Assembly: GCA_054661495.1 (NCBI GenBank)
Contig: BAAFSQ010000025.1
Span: forward strand, 30,001 to 62,000
DNA: 32,000 bases
DNA from: Zygophlyctis sp. KS116
Lineage: Eukaryota; Fungi; Chytridiomycota
Reading direction: 5' to 3'
A program made the position numbers and the translations under genes. Every line of letters begins with the position of its first letter. Within the stretch, counting starts at the first letter, position 1. Shown in pieces: positions 11,369-21,553 of the stretch. The notes below the pieces were generated by a model. The model saw only the letters and a list, made by a program, of their open reading frames with translations. It did not search any database and had not been told where the DNA came from.

Positions 11369-12346
11369 TTAATGTTTTGTTAATAATGCAAGCGGTACAT
11401 CTTCTTCAGATCTTTCAATCTTTTTAGATCTTCCAGGAGCTCTTTTAGAATTCTCTGATTTGTTTTTAATTGAATCAGTCTGAAATTCTACTAAATTAAC
11501 TCCTTTTTTAACTAGAAATTCTTTTGCTTTTCTTGAATCTCCCTTTTTCTTTACAAAATTCCTTGATAATTTCTTCCTAATATTCTTTGGCCTTGACAGA
11601 GTGACATCATTGTTTGTATTTACTATTGAAATAATGAAATTTGTGATTAATATTTTTTGTAACAGAGGTTTTTTCTCTGATAATTTCTTGTATGAAGCTT
11701 TATAAATAGACTTGATATTGATAATTTCATTTTTGATTTTTAATGCAGCACATGAATTTTCATCAAATTCATCTTGAGATTCTTGTAATGTTTCTATAGA
11801 GTCTAATGATTCCTGAACTTTTAATAATTCTTTTTGAGTTTCTACAAATGTGTTTTTTGAGTCTTTTTCTTGTTCCTTTATATAACTTTCTAGAGACTTA
11901 TCTAGAGACTTATCTAGTATTCCTCTTGATTTGATATTAGAAAACTTGAAAAATCCAGTAAATACATTTATAGCCTTTTTTAAAGACTTTGATAGAGGTT
12001 TCTTTGGTAAAAAACTTTCAAAGGCATGAGACTTGAGAGGTTGTACAATCAGTTCCTTTATAGATTGTTTATCATTTAGAGGTTTAAAATCCCTTAAAGA
12101 GTCCTGAAAAGAGAGTCTACTAGACTTTTCAGTTCTCTTACTAGTTTCTAATCTCTTTGGAATTGGATGTGTTTCTGGAGGCTCTGTTTGTGAGAATTGT
12201 TCTAATAGAAAAGACTTTAGTGCATTTGTACTTAATGATTCATTGTCTGGAAAAGAAAAGGAGACAAGATCAAAGTCTTGCTCTAAATAGACAGAAAAGT
12301 TTTCTACTAAATTATCATTAGAATTCATCTTGTCCAGTTGAATCAT
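11369..12346 (-). CDS. Lys/Ser-rich protein with a probable Zds_C (PP2A-Cdc55-binding) motif
   Basis: Intronless 325-aa ORF. IYKASYKKLSEKKPLLQKILITNF resembles Zds_C IYRLSHLKL.NPRRPL.QQVLLSNF. Confidence 0.55.
   Translation of the reverse strand: MIQLDKMNSNDNLVENFSVYLEQDFDLVSFSFPDNESLSTNALKSFLLEQFSQTEPPETHPIPKRLETSKRTEKSSRLSFQDSLRDFKPLNDKQSIKELIVQPLKSHAFESFLPKKPLSKSLKKAINVFTGFFKFSNIKSRGILDKSLDKSLESYIKEQEKDSKNTFVETQKELLKVQESLDSIETLQESQDEFDENSCAALKIKNEIINIKSIYKASYKKLSEKKPLLQKILITNFIISIVNTNNDVTLSRPKNIRKKLSRNFVKKKGDSRKAKEFLVKKGVNLVEFQTDSIKNKSENSKRAPGRSKKIERSEEDVPLALLTKH
11889..11917. repeat. 12-nt tandem duplication TCTAGAGACTTA x2+ inside the CDS (DKSL repeat)
   Basis: Directly visible in the sequence. 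Confidence 0.8.
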
Positions 12347-12422
12347 GAGCTATTTTTAGAATTTGTGCTTTTTGCTCAAGTTCTTTCACACGCCGCCGTT
12401 CAAACCAACGCCTCCTGCCCTC

Positions 12423-12497
12423 GGACACCTACGGGACACCTACGCAAAGGCTTGCTAAACCATGGGTAGGCTGTACGGTCAGGCTGTACGGTCAGGC
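12423..12497. repeat. Two tandem duplications in the GC-rich divergent promoter upstream of RPL9: GGACACCTACG x2 and AGGCTGTACGGTC x2.3
   Basis: Exact copies at 12423..12444 and 12468..12497. Confidence 0.9.
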
Positions 12498-12542
12498 GTC
12501 CGGACAAGGATCCCCAGTGGCTTGACTTAAAAAAAAGAAAAA

Positions 12543-13109
12543 ATGAAACATATCCTGCAAGAAAGAGATATATCCATCCCAGAAGGTGTGACTCTCAAGA
12601 TAAAGGCTAGATCAGTCTATGTCAAAGGTCCAAGAGGAGAACTCACAAAATCTCTAAAACATACAGATTTGGACATTCAACGAATCTCTGAATCTAAATT
12701 GAAAGTAAAGGTATGGCATGGATCTAGAAAACATATCGCTTGTATTAGAACTTGTTGTGCTCACATTGAGAATATGATCAAGGGAGTCACAAAGGGGTTT
12801 GAATACAAGATGAGATTGGCCTATGCACATTTTCCAATTAATGCTGTGGCCGTCAATGATGGAAAAATGATTGAAATTAGAAATTTCTTGGGTGAAAAAA
12901 TCACTCGTAGAGTACCAATGTTGGATGGTGTAAAAGTTTCAATCTCTGAATCTCAAAAGGATGAATTGGTCTTGATTGGAAATGATTTACAAAATGTTTC
13001 ACAATCTGCTGCTTCTATTCAACAATCTGTTCTCGTAAAAAATAAGGATATCAGAAAATTCTTGGATGGAATCTATGTCTCGGAGAAAGGTCTTTTGGTT
13101 AAAGAATAA
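12543..13109 (+). CDS. RPL9: 60S ribosomal protein L9 (uL6)
   Basis: VKGPRGEL, YKMRLAYAHFPIN, EIRNFLGEK, KNKDIRKFLDGIYVSEKG; intronless. Confidence 0.98.
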   Translation: MKHILQERDISIPEGVTLKIKARSVYVKGPRGELTKSLKHTDLDIQRISESKLKVKVWHGSRKHIACIRTCCAHIENMIKGVTKGFEYKMRLAYAHFPINAVAVNDGKMIEIRNFLGEKITRRVPMLDGVKVSISESQKDELVLIGNDLQNVSQSAASIQQSVLVKNKDIRKFLDGIYVSEKGLLVKE

Positions 13110-13145
13110 ATTCTCTTATTATTTGAACAGTAGAATAACTCGGCT

Positions 13146-16136
13146 TCATGATAGGATCAGATGTGAGATTCCAATACAGGCTAATTGTAATATACTCTCT
13201 ACTATTGTAAAGAGGAATTTAGGTGCAAAGACTCTCCATACCATCAAGTGTCGGCGGAAATGTCCGGCAAAGGTTATGCTAACAGTTGCATTCAACATAT
13301 ATAGTATAATCATTCCATTAAAGAGCCATAATAGTTCTTCTGGTTTGCTTTTGCGTTTCCAAACAATTAATAGTGGACAGCTAAACGCAAATAATATTTG
13401 AGAGCCATACGTATTGAATAGGACAAATAACGGAGATAAAATCCAATTTACAGTTTCCTGTCCCACAAATCCAATTTCATATTGAATTGAAGATAATGCA
13501 CGCTGATGTCCGGTAGAGAAGAAATAACGTTCTCCAATTAGAAATAGGCAAATCATAAATGAGTATACTAGATTTTTACTAGGAATAGTATTCTTGCGGG
13601 TTTTTGATGAATTATCACGCCACATACAAAAGATTTCCAGGACAGTCTGAAGTTGAATAAATGATAAACAGAGCATGATTGCTCCCATTGGTTTTTGAAT
13701 CATATTTAGCATCATGAATATAATCTTGACAAAAAGATAATATGATGTTCCTAATGATTCAGGAGTTTTCAAAAGTGCACTACGTATCCATAACGTTAAT
13801 GATAACATGATAATAATGGGAAATCCTACTGATCCAACTTTTAATTTGGTAACAGTTACAGTTGTTTGCCAAACTGGGAAGAGATTATGGCCCTCGATGG
13901 TATCTAAAGCCCAATAGATATTTGAGAACAACACCCCAAATGGAATAACGAAAAATTGTAATGATTTGTGAGAATTGGAGTTGTGAAGGCTTTTAAGAAT
14001 ACGGTATGTTCTCCAAACCGTCAACGAGCTGAGGAAAAATAAAACAATTACAGAGTATGGGCTAGCAATAGATGAGGTAGGAGAAAAATTAAAAGTAGGA
14101 GTACAGTATGGATGTTGCTCTTCACGACAAATAGTAGAATACCCACTGATCCTAGTAATTATCATGAAAAATATTCTGCGTATTAGTTTAAGAAGTAATT
14201 ACGAATGAATGATTATTTTGTTCCGATAAACCACATTTTTAATGGAAAACGAGTACAGGATATTGAAGAGTGCGAATGATTGTAAAAGATAAAGTGTTGA
14301 ACTGTCTTCATATACAGTAAAGCTATCTGAAGCCGGTGATACAATATACATGAGACCAATGACCGAAGATAGAACACTGAGCATGTTGGGAGATTGTGAA
14401 ATCCACTTGAAGCCCCATCTTTTACTTGCAGAGCTATAAACAAGCAGCCAAATGTTTAAAAGGGCACCCAATGTCCCAAGAAAGGCAGCGTGATGGTACC
14501 AGCTCTGAGCAGCATCTTCCTCTACGTAAGCAGACATCAATTGCTTAAAATACTTTGACCATCCAATTAATGAAAATAAAACTCCAGATATAAATATTTT
14601 CGAATATTCCTGTCTTAAAATATCGGCTATTGATAAATTGAAAGCAAATGAAGAAGCAAAAATGATTGTTGTAGATACTAGAATAAATACACCCATGAGG
14701 ATAAGAGTAACATCAAAACGTGCCCAAATTTTTCTGGCTGAAGTCAATGCTTTCCTAGAATATATAGTATAATCTAAAAAAGATTGGATCAAATCATCTT
14801 CATATTCCTTGGAAGTTTGTAGAGTTTCGTAAAAGGCTTCTGCAGTCTTAAAATGAGCATTGAGATCCTTTAAAGAATCGGAAGCCCAGGACCTAAGCTT
14901 ACTATATTCTGATATATATGCCTGAATCTGATGAGAATTAAGCCTTGTTTCACGAACCAGGTTTTCTAATGCTTCAATTGAAGAATTTTCTTTTGAATAG
15001 TAAAAGAGTTCAGGAATGATAGAGCCCAAATTTCCAAAAGGTATAGGCAAACCTGCTAAAAGAGCAATTGTAGGATTTATATCTATTTGTGGAAATGTCC
15101 TTTCAGAGTTTAAGGATACCAAAGGCTCATCAGAATCAAAATCTACCGAGTCTAACCTCTTGAACAACTTTATCCACGTAGAATCAAACAAGGTTAATGG
15201 CTGTTTTGAATATAAATATAGTCCAGCCGAGAGTTCATTTTCCGAATCTCCTCCATGATCTCCTTTTGGATCCATCCCATGATCTCCCATAACTATAACA
15301 AGTGTTTCCTCATCTACTTTATCAAAAACCTGTTCTAAAACCCCATTCATTTGAGATAATTTCCTTGACATTTCCGGATGTTCTGGTCCATATCTTTAAT
15401 TAGCAAAATAAATAAGCGAATTTTAGTATAATTTAGAATTTTAAAAACAGTATTGATATTCATACCTATGTCCTGCATGATCTACTCCCAGAAAATGTGC
15501 AATACATAAATCCCAATCTCCTTCCTCTCCCTTTAAAACCGGAAAAAGATTCTTGATTACACCATTATCAACTGTATGTAAATCCCAAACATCAAATGAT
15601 GGATACGGCCAAGCTTTTTTAAAAGAATTTGGATATAGTCCCATCCATGTATCATCTCCCATAAAGAATACTGTTTCATTAAAAAGTAAATCCTTACTAG
15701 TCTTGTTTGCATTTAAATACTGAAGCAATAAATTATCTTCATTTATAGCATCAGAATTAAAATTACTTCCAGCATCTACAAAAGTCGGTAAATTCCCTGT
15801 TGTAATTGCTTTTAAACGCTGCAAAGTAGTTGTTGGAGGATCAGCTCTTGCTCTTGCTAAAAATCCCTTCTTCTCCGATAGCACTGGCAGCTTATTTAAA
15901 TAAGGCCCATCAGATAAAGGATCCAATAGAGTAAAATCATATCTTAAAGCATCAATAATTATCAAGACTGTCTTTTTGAATCTTGGACTTGAGCAACCAA
16001 TAGAATGATGACAAATAGAAATACTTTCCAACTCAAGTCTAGTTAAAAGAAATCCTGAAGAGAACAGCCATATTCCTATTCCTAAAAAGAAGGAACTGAA
16101 TACCCAGAGCAACCCAATGTTCAATTTAAAACTCAT
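13146..16136 (-). CDS. GPI13: GPI ethanolamine-phosphate transferase 3 (PIG-O)
   Basis: IIDALRYDF, ADPPTTTLQRLK, HFLGVDHAGHRYGP, GDHGMDPKGDHGGDS, RRHLMVWRVFAPKF. Introns 15671..15697, 15394..15465 and 14176..14202. Confidence 0.96.
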
Positions 16137-16155
16137 TTCTCACTATTAAACGCGA

Positions 16156-16654
16156 TTAATTATAACCAATCGTTACTTTAACTCCAGTAGATCCCATCTT
16201 ACTAATGAAATCTGACATTGCATAATCTACATTAGACTTTGTATGATCTCCAACTCCCAATCTTCCATGTCCAACAGTAAATGTAATTGATCTTGATCCA
16301 CGCCGACCTTTGGCTTGAATGTTTACTCCAGTGATTTTACCAGCAGGACTTTCATTCTTCATATTAAGATTTGGTTCCAAGATATGTCTATGCAATGTTT
16401 TCGGAAGTGGTATATTATCATAAAATTTAGATTTTGGATTACTTTGAAATGTTGCATTGAAAGCCTCTGATTTCAATTTAACGACTTGTCCCTTGACAAA
16501 TAAAATCGGAGATGCTTCAAAAGGATTTGGTTTATATAAATGATAGTTTAAGAGTTTTGGTACTTTGATCTCAAGATTATTTTTTAGATCATCTTACATA
16601 TGGGGCCTCTTTAGTGATGGCCTTTAGACCATTAATCAGTTGTAGATAACTCAT
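16156..16654 (-). CDS. Nuclear-encoded mitochondrial-type ribosomal protein S3 (uS3m/Var1-like) C-terminal domain, about 156 aa
   Basis: ATG at 16654, 28-nt intron at 16570..16597. C-terminus ITGVNIQAKGR..RS...G.....VDYA......KMGSTGVKVTI fits the S3 C-domain pattern G.KI...GR...R.....G.....IDY......K.G..G(I/V)KV(W/Y)I. Confidence 0.72.
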
Positions 16655-16676
16655 TTCAACGCTCAAGGGTTCTTTT

Positions 16677-16712
16677 GGGCTCAGCAAGGGCTCAACAAGG
16701 GCTCAACAAGGG
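16677..16712. repeat. 11-nt tandem repeat GGGCTCARCAA x3.3 just upstream of the S3-like gene
   Basis: Units at 16677, 16688 and 16699. Confidence 0.9.
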
Positions 16713-16764
16713 TTTAGAAGGATTTAATGGGTCAAGCTAGGAATTTATTCAGAAGAAAACCTAA

Positions 16765-17463
16765 TCATCTTTTTCTACAAGGTTTCCACTTGTATACATT
16801 TAATCCTTGATTATCAACTCCGACTTTAAGTCTGGCGCCTTTTCCCATTAAATGTCTTTGAATTTCCAATTCTCGAGCAACTTTTGCTAATTTTTCTTCT
16901 CTTTCTTGTCTTTTCCTAGATTGATTTTCAAATTTTAATCTTTCTTCCAATAATTCCTTATCAAGTTTAATAGATTCTTCTGTTCTATTCCAAGGTTTTT
17001 TTAAAATAATTTCTTGAGGTGCTTTAAAATGATCTTGTAGATTAAAAGATTTTGCATCAGCTTCAGAATCTACAAAAATAGTATGATTGTTTTCAGGTTC
17101 ACTAGATAATTTTAAACCACTAGACATTTTTTTAGCATTAATAGATCGCTTTAGAGAAATATAATTTTGATCTTGAGTTTTTAATAATTTTAACAAGTCT
17201 GGTTCAAAGGATTTATTCCGATTATTGAGAATATGAACCCCTTTAGAAGTTTTAGAAGAAATCATTCCAAAATAAAATTCATCTGGATTCCTTAAAAATG
17301 CCTTTCTTTTTAAATTTGACAATGCCTTTTCCTTTTTATGGTAATCTTGAGCTCTTTTGATGTAATCCTTATGTTTTTCTAATAGACCCCATTTAGATCT
17401 TGTTGCAGGCTGTGATCTCTCTCGATGTGTCTTTTGATTGATTGCATTCTTGTACGACGACAT
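16765..17463 (-). CDS. UTP11: U3 snoRNP protein Utp11
   Basis: HRERSQP..R.KWGLLEKHKDY..RA.DY, RNPDEFYFGM, VYKWK..RKR. ATG 17463 (MSSYKNA) fits homologues better than 17490. Confidence 0.96.
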   Translation of the reverse strand: MSSYKNAINQKTHRERSQPATRSKWGLLEKHKDYIKRAQDYHKKEKALSNLKRKAFLRNPDEFYFGMISSKTSKGVHILNNRNKSFEPDLLKLLKTQDQNYISLKRSINAKKMSSGLKLSSEPENNHTIFVDSEADAKSFNLQDHFKAPQEIILKKPWNRTEESIKLDKELLEERLKFENQSRKRQEREEKLAKVARELEIQRHLMGKGARLKVGVDNQGLNVYKWKPCRKR

Positions 17464-17554
17464 TTTCAAATTTTTTTTGCCCAACGCCATAACGCCACGG
17501 CCATGAATCCATGAGTCTGATTTCCACCTCTTTTATCAGTGATTTTTACTTGAA

Positions 17555-18055
17555 ATGAATGATTTATGCAAACATATCAGTAATCACATCAATAGAGATT
17601 CTGAAACTTTATGGTCGCACGGAGGTTTAACAAGACATAATCTGGAGCTGATTCAATCTATTTTACAAGATCCAACAAGAGATTATAATCCAATAGAAAA
17701 CAGTGCACCTCCATACACTTTTAAAAAACAGGCTTCAGAGACTTCAATGTCTGAAAAACCATTAGTTCCTCCAAGAAATCCTAGTTTAGCTGAACAGCCC
17801 AAACCAATTACTCAAGGACATGATTCTCCACCTCCGTTTCATAAACAGCCTGTAAAGCCTGCAAGACCACCTCCACCTGCTTCAAAACCAGTGGCAAATG
17901 ATAAGTTGTCGGGTCTGTACAAGAGTGAAAAACAGACAGCGGGAGCAGGGAGCGGAAGCGGGCGTGGCGGTCAATTTAAAGATCGGATCGCAGACTCGGC
18001 TGCATCTGGATTAGGATGGGGAGTTGGAATGGGAGTTGCTAGACGTTTGATTTAA
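17555..18055 (+). CDS. Proline-rich protein with Pin3/Lsb1-like termini but no SH3 domain
   Basis: N-terminal helix (HI..HI.RD.E.L...G.L....E.I.S.L), PxxP runs, C-terminal GQFKDRIADSAASGLGWGVGMGVARRLI resembling Pin3 FGSKLGNAAIFGAGA.IG..IV..IF. Confidence 0.55.
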   Translation: MNDLCKHISNHINRDSETLWSHGGLTRHNLELIQSILQDPTRDYNPIENSAPPYTFKKQASETSMSEKPLVPPRNPSLAEQPKPITQGHDSPPPFHKQPVKPARPPPPASKPVANDKLSGLYKSEKQTAGAGSGSGRGGQFKDRIADSAASGLGWGVGMGVARRLI

Positions 18056-18483
18056 GAAAAGGATTTATTTTGATTATTTTGAATATTGTCCAGCTTCTTT
18101 AAATGATCTTGCAGGTTATAAATTAAAGTCTTTTTCCTGTCTCTTAAAGTATCAAAGTCTTGAGAGCTAGAAAGAATAATAGAGTCTAATGATTCAAGGC
18201 TCTTCATGATGCAGTCTTCTATTCCTGCCAAACTTGCAAGGGAATGTAATTGACTCTGAGATTGTAAATCTTGGATTTGATCTTTGATATTACTTATGAT
18301 TTCTTGATGGGATGACAATAATTTTGAGATTTCCCTCTTTTCTTTCTGATCTCGACGATATTGGACTTTAGAGTGATGATCGCTAATGATGAAATAAGTA
18401 ACACAACTGATTGAAAAAAGTGTAGCGGTTGTACATAGTATGCCCAATGTGAGATTATGATCTAGCAGACTTTTTAAAAACAT
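18052..18483 (-). CDS. Membrane-anchored BAG-domain Hsp70 co-chaperone (Snl1-like)
   Basis: N-terminal hydrophobic segment LGILCTTATLFSISCVTYFII; BAG pattern E.IMK.L..LDSI.......R.RKK.LI..LQ..LKKLD; first ATG at 18483. Confidence 0.75.
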   Translation of the reverse strand: MFLKSLLDHNLTLGILCTTATLFSISCVTYFIISDHHSKVQYRRDQKEKREISKLLSSHQEIISNIKDQIQDLQSQSQLHSLASLAGIEDCIMKSLESLDSIILSSSQDFDTLRDRKKTLIYNLQDHLKKLDNIQNNQNKSFS

Positions 18484-18639
18484 TTGCAAATCTTGATAAC
18501 TCAAATTTGATTCTCAAGACTATGATATCGGACTACGGCTATCGGACCGACAAAAATTCTCAAGAGTCTAGTACACTGGATTTAAACGTATAGTCATAAT
18601 TTCTACAAATTTAAACTGTTCTAGGAATACTCTAAAAGA

Positions 18640-19878
18640 TCACCATCCGATTTCATCATCAAATATGTCTTTTTGTCCTAATATCAACTTGAAATCCTAT
18701 CATTAAAATAAATTTAATAGTACCTTTTTGGAAATATGTTTTTCTGGATCCGATTCTCGAAAATATAATCGTCCATAGTTGGGGATTTGATAAGGTTCAG
18801 ACTTTAAAAAGTAATCTTTTGGGGTATGAAGATATCGAGCAGTTGTAAAAGATTTATCAGTGCATCTTTGAAGAATCTCTTGTCTTTTTTCCTCCCTTTT
18901 ATAATCCTGAGTATCATAATAATTAGTTTGAACTCTTAATGTCGGCTTTAATGGTAAATGAGTTCTTTTATGCAGATAATATTTTGGCTTGCGTAAATTT
19001 AAATAGAATTACCAAAAATGGTCCCTGTACTAATTTCTTATTACTGTCACAATCTGGTTGTAATCCTTTATGAAACTTTTTCAGGAATTTTTTAGAATTT
19101 TTGATATTGTCAGCAATCCATTTTTCCAAGACATGATTGGATCGGATTTTAGATTCTGTAATTTTTAAAATTGTATGTTGAAGATGAATTGCTTGTTCTG
19201 TAGGAGGTCTTTTATCTCTTGGAGGTAATGCATACACGCCGGGATTAGATATTGTTCCTAGTAAATGATGCCTTTTTCCTGCTAATTTTGAAATTAGATC
19301 CAAATGTTTTTCTTGTTTTTGTAGAATTTCAGCTTCTTTTTGATCTAATGCATGTTTTGCTAATGCCTGTCGTAAACTTTCCATCTATGTATTTTAATTT
19401 AAAATGTTTTACCTTTTCTTGCAAATCTTGCAGATATTGTTTCCGTCCTTTAAAATCAAATATTTTCATTCTTGAATGATAACCACGCCAACTTTATAAT
19501 AAGATCATTTTCACAATACCATTTTTGAATAATTGTAGCATTTTCATTATAATACTTGATTCTAGTTTTAATATTTATCTCTTCGCAGAGGAATTTAAAG
19601 CGTTTTCGTCCAGAGTATCCTCTAAATGTCCGCTGAATCTGAATCGCTGCATTCCTAAAGATCAAATTTAATTGAATACTCTAATTCTCTAAAGAATGCT
19701 CTAGTATTATATCCCTTCCATTTCTTCTGGATCTTGACTGCTGCTCTAATCTCCCGTTCTCTGAATTTTGCTGCATCACTATCATTATCAATGTGCATGC
19801 TTACCGGGCGAGCTCAAAATATTCATACATGAATGATTCTTTCTTACTGGAATTGATCTCTAAAAGAATATGTGCCAT
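18640..19878 (-). CDS. SPATA17: SPATA17-like IQ-motif ciliary protein, 7 exons
   Basis: Three IQ motifs (IQKKWKGY, IQRTFRGY, IQKCWRGYHSR), HHLLGT.SNPGVY, VQGPF, PLKPTLRVQT. Six introns of 25-28 nt. Confidence 0.85.
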
Positions 19879-20065
19879 GTTTATTTAAATAAATATTTAC
19901 GTCATTCAGTACTTTCGGATGTTTTCTTATTGTAGCTAGATGATTACTACTAATCACTCTCTATCGGTCAATGCATGATGCATAATGCATGCTTGATGAT
20001 CTCATATTTTGTAATAATATCAGCAAATCAAATCCCAAACTGGCGCCGGCCCTAAAATTAAGTTT

Positions 20066-21553
20066 ATGCCAGTCAAAAAGGATCCTGTTGCTTCTCCTTA
20101 CTCCTTACGGCCTCGTAGTAGGCCTTCTACCCCGTCAAAGTCGACTGTCTCTGCTAAAATCTTTGAAAAGCCAGAAGAGAATACCGAAAAGTCTTGGGGT
20201 CGAGCGCATTCAATCGGATGGTTGACGGTTTTGGCTTGTTTTTTGCTTCTTGCGCTGTGTCCAATTTTTGTGATTTATGTTTGGTCTAGCTGCACTAATT
20301 TTAATTGTGAAATTCTTACTCCTGCTCAAACTATTTTGCAAAATCTATCGTTGGGAACGTTGAAAGCGTTTGCGCCCGCTCCAACTATAAAAGGATTTGG
20401 AATATTTTTTGGTTGGCTTGGATTTCAAGCCCTTTTATATGTTGTTTTACCAGGGAAAATTGGATATGGGCAACGTACTCCAGCAGGTCATTTATTACCA
20501 TATGTTGTCAATGGGCTGTTGGCGTGGTTTGTAACGCATGCTCTCTTTATTGGTGTGTCTCTCCAAACAGGATGGTATAAACTATCTATAATTCATGATT
20601 ATTGGGGTCCTTTACTAGTTGCAGCTAATGTATATGGTTATGGTCTTGCGATATTTTCTTATGTTAAAGCTCACTTCTTTCCTTCACATCCTAATGATCG
20701 AAAGTTTTCAGGCTCAATCATTTATGATTTCTTTATGGGGATTGAGTTTAATCCGAGATTAGGAAAGTATTTTGATTTTAAACTTTTCCATAATGGACGT
20801 CCAGGGATTGTAGCTTGGACATTAATCAATTTTTCTTTTGCTGCTGCACAATATAATGAAATTGGATATGTTACAAATTCTATGTTGTTACTCAACTGGC
20901 TACATTTGGTTTATGTATTGGATTTCTTTTATAATGAAGACTGGTATTTACGAACAATTGATATTGCTCATGATCATTTTGGATTTTACTTGGCATGGGG
21001 AGATAGTGTATGGCTTCCATACATGTAAGATTTTGTATTTTATATATAGGTATACGATACAGTCTCATTTCCTTGTAAGACATCCTATTGATTTAAGCTG
21101 GCCCTATTTTTCCTTTGTATTATTAGTGGGAATGACTGGATATTATATCTTTAGAGCTGTGAATCATCAGAAAGATATTGTACGTTCTTCAAATGGTAAA
21201 TGTAATATTTGGGGAAAGCCAGCTCAAGTCATTCGAACTGAGTATCAAACTTCTGATGGAAAAACCCACAAGTCTCTTTTACTTGTTTCCGGTTTTTGGG
21301 GTCTTTCAAGACATTTCAATTATGTTGGCGACTTACTAATTTCTTCTGCAATGTGTATGACATGTGGTGTTGGATATATACTTCCATATTTTTACATTAT
21401 ATACATGACTATTTTGCTACTTCAACGTATTGAACGTAATTATTTTTAGACTTATTAATAGGTGATCAAGAAAGATGCCAAGGCAAGTATGGAAAATATT
21501 GGAAGGAATATTGCTCCAAAGTTCCTTATAAACTTATTCCTTTAATTTACTAA
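20066..21553 (+). CDS. DHCR7: 7-dehydrocholesterol reductase (ERG4/ERG24 family)
   Basis: GQRTPAG, MGIEFNPRLGK.FDFKLF.NGRPGIVAW, YLRTIDIAHDHFGFYLAWGD, AVNHQKD, LL.SGFWGLSRHFNY; these resemble DHCR7 more than Erg24/Erg4. Introns 21025..21049 and 21436..21461. Confidence 0.9.

Noticed and set aside
12318-12463. Possible spliced minus-strand micro-ORF MVSEGRRRWFERRRVKELEQKAQ...
   Set aside because: It needs an atypical GC-rich intron through the tandem repeat, and the homeodomain-helix resemblance is too short to support.
18563-18633. Canonical U5 snRNA or H/ACA call
   Set aside because: The U5 loop-1 sequence is absent and no rRNA-matching pocket was found; kept only as an unclassified candidate.
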